Shown: positions 38,348 through 48,820, numbered from the stretch's first letter. The stretch: DNA of 64,000 bases from Desulfosarcina sp. (GCF_046496365.1 NZ_JAWOHB010000156.1:19231-83230); one strand, 5' to 3'. Notes: generated by a model not told the origin, from the letters alone. Program-made: numbers and translations.

Positions 38348-39232
38348 ATGAGAGTAATCACCAGACCAGATTTCGACGGTGTGGTATGTGCCGTCCTGCT
38401 GATGGACGCATTGCAGATTGACCTGCCGGTCGTATGGGTCCAGCCCAGCGACATGCAGCACCGGCGGGTGGATGTTCAAAACGGTGACATTATCGCCAAC
38501 CTGCCATTTGATGAAAAATGCAGTTTGTGGTTCGATCACCATTATTCCAATCAACCCGATAAACCCATCAACGGTGTTTTTAAAATCGCGCCATCGGCCG
38601 CCGGCATCATCTACCACTATTACCGGGACCACCTGGTTCGGGACTATGCCGAATTGGTCCGTCAGACCGACCGCATCGATTCGGCGGATCTGACCCTGGA
38701 CGAAATCCTTAATCCTGAGAACCACCCCTACGTGCTGCTTTCGATGACCATCAGCGGCCACGACCCTGATGAAACACACTACTGGGACCATCTGGTGGAG
38801 CTGTTGCGAACCTGTGCCATGGCTCAGGTGATGGACGATGCAATGGTTCGGCAGCACGGCAGACAGGTGGTGGCGGCCAACATTGTTTATGAAAAGGCGC
38901 TCAGGACCAACACCACACTCGTGGACCATGTCTCCATCACCGATTTCAGGGGTCTGGATCCGCCACCCGATGGCAACCGTTTTCTGGTCTACTCACTGTT
39001 TCCTGAATGTACGGTGAATGTCAAAATCGTCTACGGTGAAGACAATCTGGCCAGCATCAAAGTGGGCCACAGCATCCTGAACCGGGGCTGCAGGGTAAAT
39101 GTTGGCAAGATGCTCGCCGCCTTTGACGGAGGCGGGCATCCCGGTGCCGGAGCCTGCCGCTTTGGCAGGGAAAAGGCGGCGGAATACCTGCAGCGCATCG
39201 TGAAAATTCTGCAAAAAAACGTTCCCGTCTGA
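38348..39232 (+). CDS. DHH family phosphoesterase (exopolyphosphatase/nanoRNase-like)
   Basis: RPDFDG, FDHH and GGGHPGAG motifs. Confidence 0.85.
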   Translation: MRVITRPDFDGVVCAVLLMDALQIDLPVVWVQPSDMQHRRVDVQNGDIIANLPFDEKCSLWFDHHYSNQPDKPINGVFKIAPSAAGIIYHYYRDHLVRDYAELVRQTDRIDSADLTLDEILNPENHPYVLLSMTISGHDPDETHYWDHLVELLRTCAMAQVMDDAMVRQHGRQVVAANIVYEKALRTNTTLVDHVSITDFRGLDPPPDGNRFLVYSLFPECTVNVKIVYGEDNLASIKVGHSILNRGCRVNVGKMLAAFDGGGHPGAGACRFGREKAAEYLQRIVKILQKNVPV

Positions 39233-39361
39233 ACCTTCTGCCCCGTCGCTGCCAGACACGGCGGTAATATCAGGGGGTATCACCACATGTAACGGCAGAT
39301 AATGCCTTTTTGCGTCTTGACACGGCAAGGCATCAGGTAAACCATCGTTTTGGAGAATAGA

Positions 39362-39991
39362 TTGTCCAGCATCGATCAACGACCCTATCATCATGGGGAC
39401 TTGCGCCGATCTCTGATCCAGGCCGGGTCGAAGATGATCGAGGAAAAGGGAATAACCGGACTGAGCCTTCGGGAGGTTGCCCGGGCCGCCGGCGTCAGCC
39501 ATACGGCACCATACCGACATTTCCAGGACAAGGCCGATCTGCTGGCGGCCATCGCTCAGGTGGGATTCGAACAGCTCACGGACAGAGCCGGCAAAGCAGC
39601 TCGACGGCATGATGGCAATCCGCGCAAACAGTTCGTGGCCGCATCGGTCCAGTACATCCTTTTCGGCGTCACGAACCCCCGCATGGCCCATCTGCTTTTT
39701 GGCGGGGAAATCAACATGCGGACCGCTCCACGTGCCCTGAAGCAATCCTCTTGGGCGGCTTTTCAACTCGTGGAAACCATCATTAACAATGGGAAACGGG
39801 CGGGCGTCTTTCAAGACCGCGACACCATGGAACTGGCGGTTACCACCTGGTCCGGCATTCACGGCCTGACACAGCTAATCTCCGGCGGCTACCTGAGCCG
39901 CCTGGCTGCGACGGAGCAACAGGTGGAGAACTTGGGGAGAGTGGTTTGTCAGCTGCTTTTGACCGGCATTCTCAAGCCGGATGAAAAATGA
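39362..39991 (+). CDS. TetR/AcrR regulator with a WHG-type C-terminal domain
   Basis: YHHGDLR, LSLREVARAAGVSHTAPYRHF and WSGIHG; TTG start after GGAG. Confidence 0.9.
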   Translation: MSSIDQRPYHHGDLRRSLIQAGSKMIEEKGITGLSLREVARAAGVSHTAPYRHFQDKADLLAAIAQVGFEQLTDRAGKAARRHDGNPRKQFVAASVQYILFGVTNPRMAHLLFGGEINMRTAPRALKQSSWAAFQLVETIINNGKRAGVFQDRDTMELAVTTWSGIHGLTQLISGGYLSRLAATEQQVENLGRVVCQLLLTGILKPDEK

Positions 39992-39994
39992 TAA

Positions 39995-40792
39995 CTATCC
40001 ATCGGCAAACATGGCCTTGATCCGCTTCCGGCTCTCCACCAGCATCTGGCGGTTTTTATCGAAAACTTCCAAGGTGACCGAGTCATCATACCCGACACCT
40101 TTCAGGCACCGCACCAGCTCCGCAAAATTGATGGTTCCCTGGCCCACTGCCAGATGGTCATCCAGTTTACCCTGATTATCACTGAAATGAAGATGGCCGA
40201 TCCGTTGGCCAAATCGGCTCACCAGCGCTTTCAGTCGCCGTCCCCGCCGATCGTCGACATTGGCGTGGCCCGTATCCAAGGTCAGCTTCAAGGACGGGAA
40301 GGTCTTGAATATCTCCTCAAAATCGTCCGGCTCCACACCCAGTCGGTTTCTCGGAAACATGTTTTCCAGGCAGATGGTCACGTCCAGCATGTGGGCGGCG
40401 TCAACCATTGCCGATAAAAATTCAAACGCGTAGCCTTTGACCGTGTCCAGGACGAAAGGGCCCATACCACTGGCCATGCTGGGGTGCAGAACCACCTTTT
40501 TTGTTCCCAGTTCGGCTGCCACCTCCAGGGATCGGCGCATCTCCGACACCGATATCCGCCGGAGGCTTTCTGTGAGATCGGCTGTGGTGAGAAAGGTCGG
40601 CAGATGGCAGACAAGGCCCAGGCCGTTGACCTTCAGGGCCCGGGTGATGGCCACCTGGGAGGATGAGAGGATGCTGTGGTGGGCCATGGGCGGATCCATG
40701 GCCAGCTCCAGATAGTCGAACCCCAGCCGGGCAAACGTTTCGATTTCGTCCAGTACCGGTGTCACCGGAAAATTCATGGCACCAAAATGCAT
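39995..40792 (-). CDS. Sugar phosphate isomerase/epimerase (xylose-isomerase-like TIM barrel)
   Basis: LENM, LDTGHA, HLHFSDN..DDH and LEV motifs. Confidence 0.85.
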   Translation of the reverse strand: MHFGAMNFPVTPVLDEIETFARLGFDYLELAMDPPMAHHSILSSSQVAITRALKVNGLGLVCHLPTFLTTADLTESLRRISVSEMRRSLEVAAELGTKKVVLHPSMASGMGPFVLDTVKGYAFEFLSAMVDAAHMLDVTICLENMFPRNRLGVEPDDFEEIFKTFPSLKLTLDTGHANVDDRRGRRLKALVSRFGQRIGHLHFSDNQGKLDDHLAVGQGTINFAELVRCLKGVGYDDSVTLEVFDKNRQMLVESRKRIKAMFADG

Positions 40793-40793
40793 G

Positions 40794-41696
40794 TCACAAC
40801 CCCCGGCCCAGGGGAAAGGTGAAAGTGGGCTTCTTCGGGTTCATGTGAACCAACAGAATCCCGGCGGCAATGAAGGCCATGGCGACGATGAGATGCGGTG
40901 TGATGGGTTCGTCCAGCACAAGCCCGCTGAAGACCACTCCGGCAATGGGCATGATGAACACAAAGGCGTGCAGGGTGGAGGCCCCGTAGCGTTGAAGCAA
41001 GTTGTTCCAGGCCACGAAACCGAAAGCGGCGCTGACCAGGCTCTGGTAGGCGAAGGCGCCAACCACTGTCGGGTTCAGGTTAAAAAGCATCCGATCATCC
41101 AACAGGAAGCCGGCGGACAGGAAAACCGGCACCGAAAAGATCATCGGATAGAGCACCAGGTGGAAGGGTACATAGTCATTGATGATGCGCTTGGTATAGA
41201 CCACATTGATGGACCAGATGGCTACCGCCGCCAGGATAATCAGATCCCCGGTGTGAAAGGTGATGGAAAAACCTTCGGTGTCGGCAAACATGAAGGCCAC
41301 GCCACTGAAGCCCAGCACGATCCCCACCATTTTTTTCCAGGTAATGCGTTCACCGGGAATGAACCGGTGGGAAAGGAACAAGACAAAAAACGGCAGCAGG
41401 TTGGCGATCAGCCCTCCTCTGGAGGCATAGGTTCGCTCGAGCCCCAGATAAAACAGAGCCAGCTGAATCGTAAAACCGATTGACACGATAAGCAGTTGGA
41501 ACGGTTGACCCGTCTGGATGCGAAATGATCGCCCGCCGCCGCGCGCCCAGCAGGCGATGGCAATCGCCGCCAAGCCGAAACGAAGACCCGCGGTGGTCAA
41601 TGGTCCCATACCGGCCAGGGTCATCTTGATAGCCACGGTATTGGCCCCGAAGATCACGGTGAGAAAGACGATGAAGAGCCCGGGAAGCAGGCTCAT
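40794..41696 (-). CDS. DMT/EamA family transporter
   Basis: About 10 TM segments, two EamA repeats (GERIT, LDEPIT). Confidence 0.88.
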   Translation of the reverse strand: MSLLPGLFIVFLTVIFGANTVAIKMTLAGMGPLTTAGLRFGLAAIAIACWARGGGRSFRIQTGQPFQLLIVSIGFTIQLALFYLGLERTYASRGGLIANLLPFFVLFLSHRFIPGERITWKKMVGIVLGFSGVAFMFADTEGFSITFHTGDLIILAAVAIWSINVVYTKRIINDYVPFHLVLYPMIFSVPVFLSAGFLLDDRMLFNLNPTVVGAFAYQSLVSAAFGFVAWNNLLQRYGASTLHAFVFIMPIAGVVFSGLVLDEPITPHLIVAMAFIAAGILLVHMNPKKPTFTFPLGRGL

Positions 41697-41717
41697 ATGC
41701 GAATTGCCCGGAACCAT

Positions 41718-42257
41718 TTAAGTTAAACCCGATGACTGCCTGGAACAGGCCTGATCCACCATGAACCGCAGAAATGCAGCCACGTTCCTGGCGGCATAAT
41801 GAATGCCGGTCCGGCCAGCAAAATCAGGGTCTGCGGCAAATACCGGCCCTCCTGCCACAATCCGTGTTTTGCAGGGCAGACGGTTGGCGATACCGGTCAG
41901 ATCGTCTTCGGTATCCAATTGCAGGATGGTCAGCCCCAGATAATCGGGCTGGTGGCGTCGACAGGCCTCGACGATAGCTTCGGGCGTTTGCATCAGACCC
42001 AGGCGGACCAACCGCATGCCGATCAGCAGGGCATATTTTTCGATCACGGCCAACCCCTGGCCCAGCCCGTCGTCCAGCGTGGCCGTCACCATGCAGGGTG
42101 GATCTTCCCAGATGCCGTGAAGGGTGAGGTGCTCCCGCAAGCGCGCAAGATTCCCCGCCGCCTCGTCGAGACCCTGCCGAGAAGGCAACCCGGCGGTCAG
42201 CCATTGACCCGCGAGGTTGCCCACCGCTTTCCGAAACGTATTGATGGAAACATCCAT
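41718..42257 (-). CDS. Cobalamin-binding-like (B12-binding Rossmann) domain protein
   Basis: TATLDDGLGQG, LG..TPEAIV...PDYLGLT and IVAGG motifs. Confidence 0.7.
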   Translation of the reverse strand: MDVSINTFRKAVGNLAGQWLTAGLPSRQGLDEAAGNLARLREHLTLHGIWEDPPCMVTATLDDGLGQGLAVIEKYALLIGMRLVRLGLMQTPEAIVEACRRHQPDYLGLTILQLDTEDDLTGIANRLPCKTRIVAGGPVFAADPDFAGRTGIHYAARNVAAFLRFMVDQACSRQSSGLT

Positions 42258-42549
42258 GCTTGCAAATTGTTTCGCTGCCTGCAACTCCCCTCTGCGCGGC
42301 CTACCGCACGGAGGCGTCAAATCTCACCCACCCCAAAAGAACCAACGGGATACCACCCTCGGCAGGGTGAGTCAAACCTTGTTTGGCAAACTTGATGCGT
42401 CGGCGGATTTAAAACATCACCTTTTTTTCACAAATCCTTCGGTTTTCGGCCTAGTTTTTCCCAATTCTGCTCCGCTCCTTTTTCTAACCCACGCTTCTTA
42501 AACTTTTATTGCGCTTATTTCCAGACAGTTAATGAATTGGTTAGCACCC

Positions 42550-42565
42550 TGGCAAAAAATTTGCT
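42550..42565 (+). promoter_or_regulatory. Sigma54 (-24/-12) promoter
   Basis: TGGCAAAAAATTTGCT matches TGGCA-N6-TTGCW with correct spacing; AT-rich upstream region. Confidence 0.65.
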
Positions 42566-42625
42566 TTTTAATCCAGAGCGCCCGCAACCCATCGACCCGA
42601 CGCGCCATCGAAAAGGAGATAACCC

Positions 42626-42799
42626 ATGATCGATTTCATCCTGGCCGGACTTAGCGCTGGACTTTTCGCTTTTTTGACCCTCTTTATCGTTGTTTTTATC
42701 ACCCTGGGCATCATCACCGGCCTCGTTCAAGTGGTCGGCCTGGTCTATCGAAATCTGATACTTGGTAAAGGCCGGGCTTATCGGGAACAGACGGTCTGA
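42626..42799 (+). CDS. Small (57 aa) membrane protein
   Basis: AAAAGGAG RBS; MIDFILAGLSAGLFAFLTLFIVVFITLGIITGLVQVVGLVYRNLILGKGRAYREQTV; below the ORF-track cutoff. Confidence 0.7.
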   Translation: MIDFILAGLSAGLFAFLTLFIVVFITLGIITGLVQVVGLVYRNLILGKGRAYREQTV

Positions 42800-42957
42800 G
42801 GTCATCGTGGAGCAGGGAGCCCCCTGCTGCCCCTCATCAAACCGGATATAGCAGAATTTCCGCGAATAGTTGGAGACGGTGGAATCAGCCAGCCATAACT
42901 GCATTCCACCGTTTCTATTTTCGTGGGGTCGAATGATTGGCCTGTGCAACTATTGGC

Positions 42958-43000
42958 TTGACAAACAGCGTCCGCCCAAATAAAAAACAGACCGGTCGGT
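42958..43000 (+). promoter_or_regulatory. Promoter and putative TetR operator
   Basis: TTGACA-17 nt-TAAAAA followed by AGACCGGTCGGT (42989-43000). Confidence 0.6.
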
Positions 43001-43017
43001 TTTAAAAGGAGGCTGTC

Positions 43018-43617
43018 ATGTCTGCCAAGGGTGAATTAACCCGCCAGAAAATCATCGACAAGTCCCTGCAGCTCTTCTCCGTCAAAGGGTATTTCAACAC
43101 ATCCATCAGTGACATCCTTGAGGCCACCGGGTTGACCAAGGGGGGATTGTACTGCCACTTCAAGAGCAAGGAAGAGGTCTGGCGGGCGGTATACGATAAT
43201 GCGGTTGATACCTGGAAAAAGGTGGTCTTTAGGGATATGCGCACCATCGCTGACCCCCTGGAGCGGGTTGAGCGCACCATTGGGAATGTCCTTCTCGCCT
43301 ACCTGGGTGGCGAAATCTTCGACGGCGGCTGTTTCTTCGTCAACATGCTGGTGGAGTTGTCCGGCCAGTCCGACAGCATGGGCCGCCACATCCTCAAAGG
43401 TTTTGTTGGATTTTCCAAACTGTTCCAGTCCTGGCTGACGGAGGCGGAAAACACCGGCTTGCTAAAACCAGACCTGGATTACCGGGAAATTTCCAATTTC
43501 ATGGTCATCACCTTGAACGGTGCCGCCACACTGTACATGTCAACCCGCGACAGGGCTATCCTTCAGCAGACCCATGACCAGTTGCGGTTTTTCATCCGGC
43601 AGTTGCGTAAGAAATAA
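43018..43617 (+). CDS. TetR/AcrR family regulator
   Basis: TSISDILEATGLTKGGLYCHFKSKEE HTH and GGCFF. Confidence 0.92.
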   Translation: MSAKGELTRQKIIDKSLQLFSVKGYFNTSISDILEATGLTKGGLYCHFKSKEEVWRAVYDNAVDTWKKVVFRDMRTIADPLERVERTIGNVLLAYLGGEIFDGGCFFVNMLVELSGQSDSMGRHILKGFVGFSKLFQSWLTEAENTGLLKPDLDYREISNFMVITLNGAATLYMSTRDRAILQQTHDQLRFFIRQLRKK

Positions 43618-43618
43618 A

Positions 43619-43775
43619 AGGGTTCAAGGAGTCGAGGGGTCAAGGGTCCGAGGAAAAACAAGGCTGAAAGAAAAAAGCCAACACCGTCAATGAACGCGCG
43701 CTACGGCTTTTTTAGTAGATGGAAAACAATAGTCCTGTGAACGCTTGCCCCCGGGGTCCTCGAATCCTCGAACCC
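43619..43775. repeat. Inverted arrays of degenerate octamer repeats (AGGRKYCR)
   Basis: AGGGTTCA AGGAGTCG AGGGGTCA AGGGTCCG on the left; reverse-complement copies CCTCGAATCCTCGAACCC on the right. Confidence 0.65.
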
Positions 43776-43783
43776 ATTTAAAT

Positions 43784-43795
43784 ACCAACCGGTCT
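43784..43795 (+). promoter_or_regulatory. Second putative TetR operator
   Basis: ACCAACCGGTCT; its reverse complement matches the site upstream of tetR at 11 of 12 positions. Confidence 0.55.
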
Positions 43796-43817
43796 TATTT
43801 TTTTAAGGAGACAAAGC

Positions 43818-45050
43818 ATGACGTCGTTCGAAAATCGGCTGGCCCGCCGCACCCGCAACATGGGTGCCAGCGCCATCCGCGAAATCCTCAAGGTCGTGTC
43901 CCGGCCGGGCATGATTTCTTTAGCCGGCGGTATCCCCGCGCCGGAAAGCTTTCCCATGGAGGTGGTCCGTGAACTGACCGCAGCCGTACTGGATAAATTC
44001 GGACCTGCCGCCTTCCAGTATGACCTCACCGAAGGTTTCCGACCGCTGCGGGAGGCCCTGGTGGACTACCTGGCCGATAAAGGCATCGCCGCGACGGCGG
44101 AGCACATCCTGATTGCCAGCGGGTCACAGGGAGTGCTTGACTGCCTGGGGAAAATACTCATCAGCCCCGGTGACCAGGTGGCCCTTGAAGCGCCCACCTA
44201 CCTCGGCGCCTTGCAGGCCTTTAACCCTTACGAACCGGCATACGTGCAAATCGGCACCGACGATCAGGGCATGCTGCCCGATGCATTGGCAGATGCCCTG
44301 TCACGGCAGCCCGTGAAGTTCATCTATCTGGTGCCCACCTTTCAGAACCCCACCGGACGCACCCTGCCGATGAAACGTCGCCGGGCCATCGCCGACATCA
44401 TCCAGCGGTTCGACACCCTGCTGGTGGAGGACGACCCTTACGGTGACCTTCGCTACCGGGGGACATCAGTGCCGCCGATCAAAACCCTGGCTCCGGATCA
44501 TGTGGTGTACATTTCCACGTTGTCCAAGGTCTTCGCACCGGGACTGCGCATGGGGTTCTGCCTGGCGCCCGACCTGATTCGGCAATGGCTGGTCCTGGCC
44601 AAGCAGGGGGTGGATCTGCACACGAGTACCTTCAATCAGGCCCTGGCTTCGGAATACCTGACCGGCGGACATTTGAAACGCCATCTGCCGCGCATCATCG
44701 CCCTGTATCGTCCGCGCCAACAGGCTCTTCTTGATGCCATGAAGCGCTTTTTCCCGGATGCGTTCACCTGGACTGCGCCGGACGGCGGCATGTTTGTCTG
44801 GGTGGAGGGACCCGACGGGATGGACATGGAAGCGGTCAATCAGAAGGCGGTGAACCGGAATACGGCCTTTGTCCCCGGCACCTTCTTTTTCGCGCGCCCC
44901 GGAGACGGCCGGCACACCATGCGGCTCAACTACACCATGGCCGATGAAGCCACACTGACCCGCGCGGTTGGGATTTTAGGCGAAGTTCTTGAATGCGCAG
45001 TTACAAAGATGTGCAGCCGAGGTCGGACACGATCGATTGATGGGGACTAG
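43818..45050 (+). CDS. PLP-dependent aminotransferase (class I, LysN/Aro8-like)
   Basis: SAIREILK, ISLAGG.P, FQNPTG, EDDPY and STLSKVFAPGLR motifs. Confidence 0.92.
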   Translation: MTSFENRLARRTRNMGASAIREILKVVSRPGMISLAGGIPAPESFPMEVVRELTAAVLDKFGPAAFQYDLTEGFRPLREALVDYLADKGIAATAEHILIASGSQGVLDCLGKILISPGDQVALEAPTYLGALQAFNPYEPAYVQIGTDDQGMLPDALADALSRQPVKFIYLVPTFQNPTGRTLPMKRRRAIADIIQRFDTLLVEDDPYGDLRYRGTSVPPIKTLAPDHVVYISTLSKVFAPGLRMGFCLAPDLIRQWLVLAKQGVDLHTSTFNQALASEYLTGGHLKRHLPRIIALYRPRQQALLDAMKRFFPDAFTWTAPDGGMFVWVEGPDGMDMEAVNQKAVNRNTAFVPGTFFFARPGDGRHTMRLNYTMADEATLTRAVGILGEVLECAVTKMCSRGRTRSIDGD

Positions 45051-45943
45051 AAGAAATTGTCCTCCGCCTCCTCATAATCATCGATGGTTTCGGAAAGTTG
45101 CTGGATGACAGCGCCTTTTGTGCCGGATGGAAAAATCGTGCTCAACGCCTGAAGGGCGTCATACCCCTGGTCATAGGTGTTCATGTGAAAATCCTGGATC
45201 AGCTGGGAAAAGCGCTCCAGGTCCGGTTCCTTGAGGCAGGCATCGGTGTAATAGTGAATCAGCTCTCCCAGCATGCTGTCGAATTCGCTGAAATAGGACA
45301 GGTCGTCCAGGAGATCCAGGTCGGTGGGGTTATCCGCCAACCCCTTGAGCAAAATGGCCTTCAAATTGGGATTGGCCAGTTTAAAGTATTTTCGGATCAA
45401 CGGGATATTGGATGTTTCGGAATAGCGTTCTTCCAGATAGGCATCCAGCACTCGCCGGGTGAGCCGTCCACCGTGGTCCAGGAAATGAATCAGTCGCAGC
45501 TGGTTTTTTGTTTTGGGTACAGCCGCATGCTCTTCCCTGGCCTCTTGCGCATAAAGCTGGTCACCTTCATCATCCTGCCATTCAAACCCGACTTCCTCCA
45601 GCCGCTCCCGATAGTCCCGAGGGTGGTTTTTGATGATCTCGCTCACCACGGCCATCCGGTCTTCGGGGTAATCCGCTTCAAAATAAAAACCGTCGAAGGC
45701 GGTATCGATCTCAGGATCGCCGTCCGGTTCGGCCGATCCGGTGATGCAGGTAAAACAGCCGTATCCAGCAACAGCGGACCCTGCCACCCATAGGGGGTTG
45801 CCACATGCGCAGCGGACCCCCTGACGCCGGGCGGCCAGTGCGTCTTCGACGGCGGCACGCACCGCATCGCCGTCGGCGAATTTGTTGTTGCGCAGGTATT
45901 GCTTGACGAACTGGTTCAAACGAACAGGAACAAAACCGGCCAT
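45047..45943 (-). CDS. Hypothetical protein with an N-terminal Cys4 (CxC..CxxC) motif
   Basis: 299-codon ORF with GGAAGG RBS; CACGNPLW..GCFTCITG. Confidence 0.7.
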   Translation of the reverse strand: MAGFVPVRLNQFVKQYLRNNKFADGDAVRAAVEDALAARRQGVRCACGNPLWVAGSAVAGYGCFTCITGSAEPDGDPEIDTAFDGFYFEADYPEDRMAVVSEIIKNHPRDYRERLEEVGFEWQDDEGDQLYAQEAREEHAAVPKTKNQLRLIHFLDHGGRLTRRVLDAYLEERYSETSNIPLIRKYFKLANPNLKAILLKGLADNPTDLDLLDDLSYFSEFDSMLGELIHYYTDACLKEPDLERFSQLIQDFHMNTYDQGYDALQALSTIFPSGTKGAVIQQLSETIDDYEEAEDNFF

Positions 45944-46149
45944 CGACACGCCTTCCAGAATTTTTTCAATTGACGATCCGCATGGACCCACCCCAAACCC
46001 AAGGTATCCGATCCCACTTTTTTTCTTCAGACTTTTGGCACAACCACTTTTTGGCGTCAAGGGTTAGCCTGCATTGCCGCATCGGTGCATTTCATATTAT
46101 GCCGCACGATTGGATCACATTGGATTCGAAATCATTGTATTTCAAGTGT

Positions 46150-46177
46150 TTGACATCATCTTGGCAATGTTTATGTT
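46150..46177 (+). promoter_or_regulatory. Putative clpB promoter
   Basis: TTGACA-16 nt-TATGTT. Confidence 0.4.
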
Positions 46178-46237
46178 GGATTTGCAAAATACAGACCAGA
46201 AACCAACTATACCCATTGTCCACCAAAGGAGGCGCCG

Positions 46238-48820
46238 ATGCGGTTCGAACGGTTTACCCTGAAATCACAGGAATTAATCCAGAACGCCCAGACCCTGGCA
46301 TCCACCCACGGCAATCAACAGATCGAACCGCTGCACCTCCTGGCGGCCATGTTGGACGAAAAGGATGGCGTCGCCCGATCTGTATTCCAACGGGTGGGTG
46401 CCTCCGGTGACAGTATCGCCAGCGCCGCCGCCAAGGCCATTGATCGACTGCCCAAGGTCAGCGGGGGGGGGGATGTGTATATGTCAACCCACGCCAAGGC
46501 GGTCCTCGAAGCGGCGTTTACAGAAGCCGGCAGGATGAAGGACGAATACACCAGCATCGAACACATTCTGCTGGCCCTGTGCGACAAGCAGGCAGGCGAG
46601 GCATCCCGAATCCTGTCCGCATCCGGGGTGAATCGGGACGTCATATTGAAGGTACTCATGGAGATCCGCGGCAACCAGCGGATCACCGATCCAAACCCCG
46701 AGGAAAAATATGAAGCCCTCAAGAAATTCAGCCGTAATTTGACCGATATGGCCCGCAGCGGAAAACTGGATCCGGTGATCGGTCGGGACGACGAAATTCG
46801 GCGCATCGTGCAGGTGCTTTCACGCCGGACCAAGAACAACCCGGTGCTCATCGGCGAGCCCGGTGTGGGCAAGACCGCCATCGTAGAAGGCCTGGCCCAG
46901 CGCATTGTGGCCGGAGATGTTTCCGAAAGCCTGAAAAACCGACGGCTGGTGGCCCTGGACATGGGCGCCCTGATTGCCGGCGCCAAATACCGCGGGGAGT
47001 TCGAAGACCGCCTCAAGGCCGTGCTCAAGGAGGTGGAAAAAGCCGAAGGCGAAGTGATCCTGTTCATCGACGAGTTGCACACCCTGGTGGGGGCCGGGGC
47101 CAGCGAAGGCGCCATGGACGCCTCCAACATGCTAAAACCCGCCCTGGCCCGCGGGACGCTGCGCTGCGTGGGCGCCACCACCTTGAACGAGTACCGCAAA
47201 TATATCGAGAAGGACGCGGCCCTGGAGCGACGGTTCCAGCCGGTGCTGGTGCGTGAACCCAGCGTCGAAGACACCGTCTCCATCCTGCGGGGACTCAAGG
47301 AAAAATACGAGGTGCACCACGGCGTGCGCATCAAGGATTCGGCCATCGTGGCCGCAGCGGCCCTGTCCCACCGCTATATCGCCGACCGATTTCTGCCGGA
47401 CAAGGCTATCGACCTTATTGACGAGTGCGCCTCCAAACTGCGCATCGAAATTGACTCCATGCCCGTGGAGATCGACGAAATCCAGCGCAAGATCCTCCAG
47501 GCGGAGATCGAACGCGAAGCCCTCAAAAAGGAGTCCGACCCGGCCTCACGGGAGCGGCTGGCTAAGCTGGAGGACGCCCTGGAAGCCATGCGCGCCCAGA
47601 TCGCCGGCATGAAAAACCACTGGGAGGAGGAAAAGCGCCTGATCCAGGCCATCCGTAAAATCAAGGGGGAACAGGAACAGTCGGGCATCGAAGAGCAGCG
47701 GGCCGAACGCGAGGGCAACCTGGCAAGGGTGGCCGAGCTGCGCTATGGCAGGAGCAATGAACTGAAGGCGCAACTGGAGCAGGCCAAAAAGGAACTGGAA
47801 GCCCTGCAAATCGACAAAAAAATGCTCAAGGAAGAGGTCGATGACGAGGACATCGCCGAGGTAATTTCCCGCTGGACCGGCATTCCGGTGAGTCGCATGC
47901 TGGAAGGCGAGCGCCAGAAGCTCGTCAAGATGGAGCAGCGCCTCGGCGAACGTGTCATCGGCCAGGAAGAGGCCATCCAGGCTGTTTCCAATGCGGTGCG
48001 CCGGGCGCGTTCAGGCCTTCAGGATCCCAACCGGCCCATCGGCTCGTTCATCTTCATGGGGCCCACCGGTGTGGGCAAGACCGAACTGGCCAAGGCCCTG
48101 GCGCAGTTCATCTTTGATTCCGAGCAGGCCATGGTGCGCATAGATATGTCCGAATTCATGGAGAAGCATTCGGTGTCGCGCCTCATCGGCGCCCCTCCCG
48201 GCTATGTGGGCTACGACGAGGGGGGCTACCTCACCGAGGCGGTGCGGCGGCGGCCCTATGCGGTGGTCCTGTTCGATGAAATTGAAAAGGCCCATCCCGA
48301 GGTATTCAACGTCCTGCTTCAGATCCTCGACGACGGCCGCATGACCGACGGCCATGGCAAAACGGTGGATTTTAAGAACACCATCATCATCATGACCTCC
48401 AACGTGGGCAGCCAGTACATTCAGGAGCTGGGCGGCCGTGACCGCGAGGAGATGGCGCGCCGGGTCACCGGGGCCCTGCGCGCCAGCTTCAAGCCGGAGT
48501 TCCTCAACCGCATCGACGAGACCATCATTTTCTTGAACCTGGAACCGGACCAGATCGGTAAAATCGTTGACATCCAGATCGGGCGCCTGTCCGACCGACT
48601 GGCCGAGCAGAATATCGAACTGATTCTCTCCGGTTCAGCCCGCGATCTCATCGCCCGCCAGGGCTACGATCCGGTCTACGGTGCACGGCCATTGAAGCGG
48701 GTGATCCAGCGGCAGATCGAGAACCCCCTGGCAATGGAAATCCTGGAAGGCAAGATACGCGAAGGCACCAAGCTCAGCGCCGAGGCGGAAGGGGAGCGAA
48801 TCGTGTTCCGGCAAGTGTGA
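46238..48820 (+). CDS. clpB: ATP-dependent chaperone ClpB
   Basis: Two AAA domains ([16 protein letters not shown]), coiled-coil middle domain, 860 aa. Confidence 0.97.
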   Translation: MRFERFTLKSQELIQNAQTLASTHGNQQIEPLHLLAAMLDEKDGVARSVFQRVGASGDSIASAAAKAIDRLPKVSGGGDVYMSTHAKAVLEAAFTEAGRMKDEYTSIEHILLALCDKQAGEASRILSASGVNRDVILKVLMEIRGNQRITDPNPEEKYEALKKFSRNLTDMARSGKLDPVIGRDDEIRRIVQVLSRRTKNNPVLIGEPGVGKTAIVEGLAQRIVAGDVSESLKNRRLVALDMGALIAGAKYRGEFEDRLKAVLKEVEKAEGEVILFIDELHTLVGAGASEGAMDASNMLKPALARGTLRCVGATTLNEYRKYIEKDAALERRFQPVLVREPSVEDTVSILRGLKEKYEVHHGVRIKDSAIVAAAALSHRYIADRFLPDKAIDLIDECASKLRIEIDSMPVEIDEIQRKILQAEIEREALKKESDPASRERLAKLEDALEAMRAQIAGMKNHWEEEKRLIQAIRKIKGEQEQSGIEEQRAEREGNLARVAELRYGRSNELKAQLEQAKKELEALQIDKKMLKEEVDDEDIAEVISRWTGIPVSRMLEGERQKLVKMEQRLGERVIGQEEAIQAVSNAVRRARSGLQDPNRPIGSFIFMGPTGVGKTELAKALAQFIFDSEQAMVRIDMSEFMEKHSVSRLIGAPPGYVGYDEGGYLTEAVRRRPYAVVLFDEIEKAHPEVFNVLLQILDDGRMTDGHGKTVDFKNTIIIMTSNVGSQYIQELGGRDREEMARRVTGALRASFKPEFLNRIDETIIFLNLEPDQIGKIVDIQIGRLSDRLAEQNIELILSGSARDLIARQGYDPVYGARPLKRVIQRQIENPLAMEILEGKIREGTKLSAEAEGERIVFRQV

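Noticed and set aside
42515-42949. 144-aa minus-strand ORF
   Set aside because: Overlaps the better-supported plus-strand microprotein and its promoter; no motif
46463-46472. G10 homopolymer in clpB as a possible phase-variation tract
   Set aside because: The frame is intact (Gly codons in a linker) and variation cannot be seen in a single sequence
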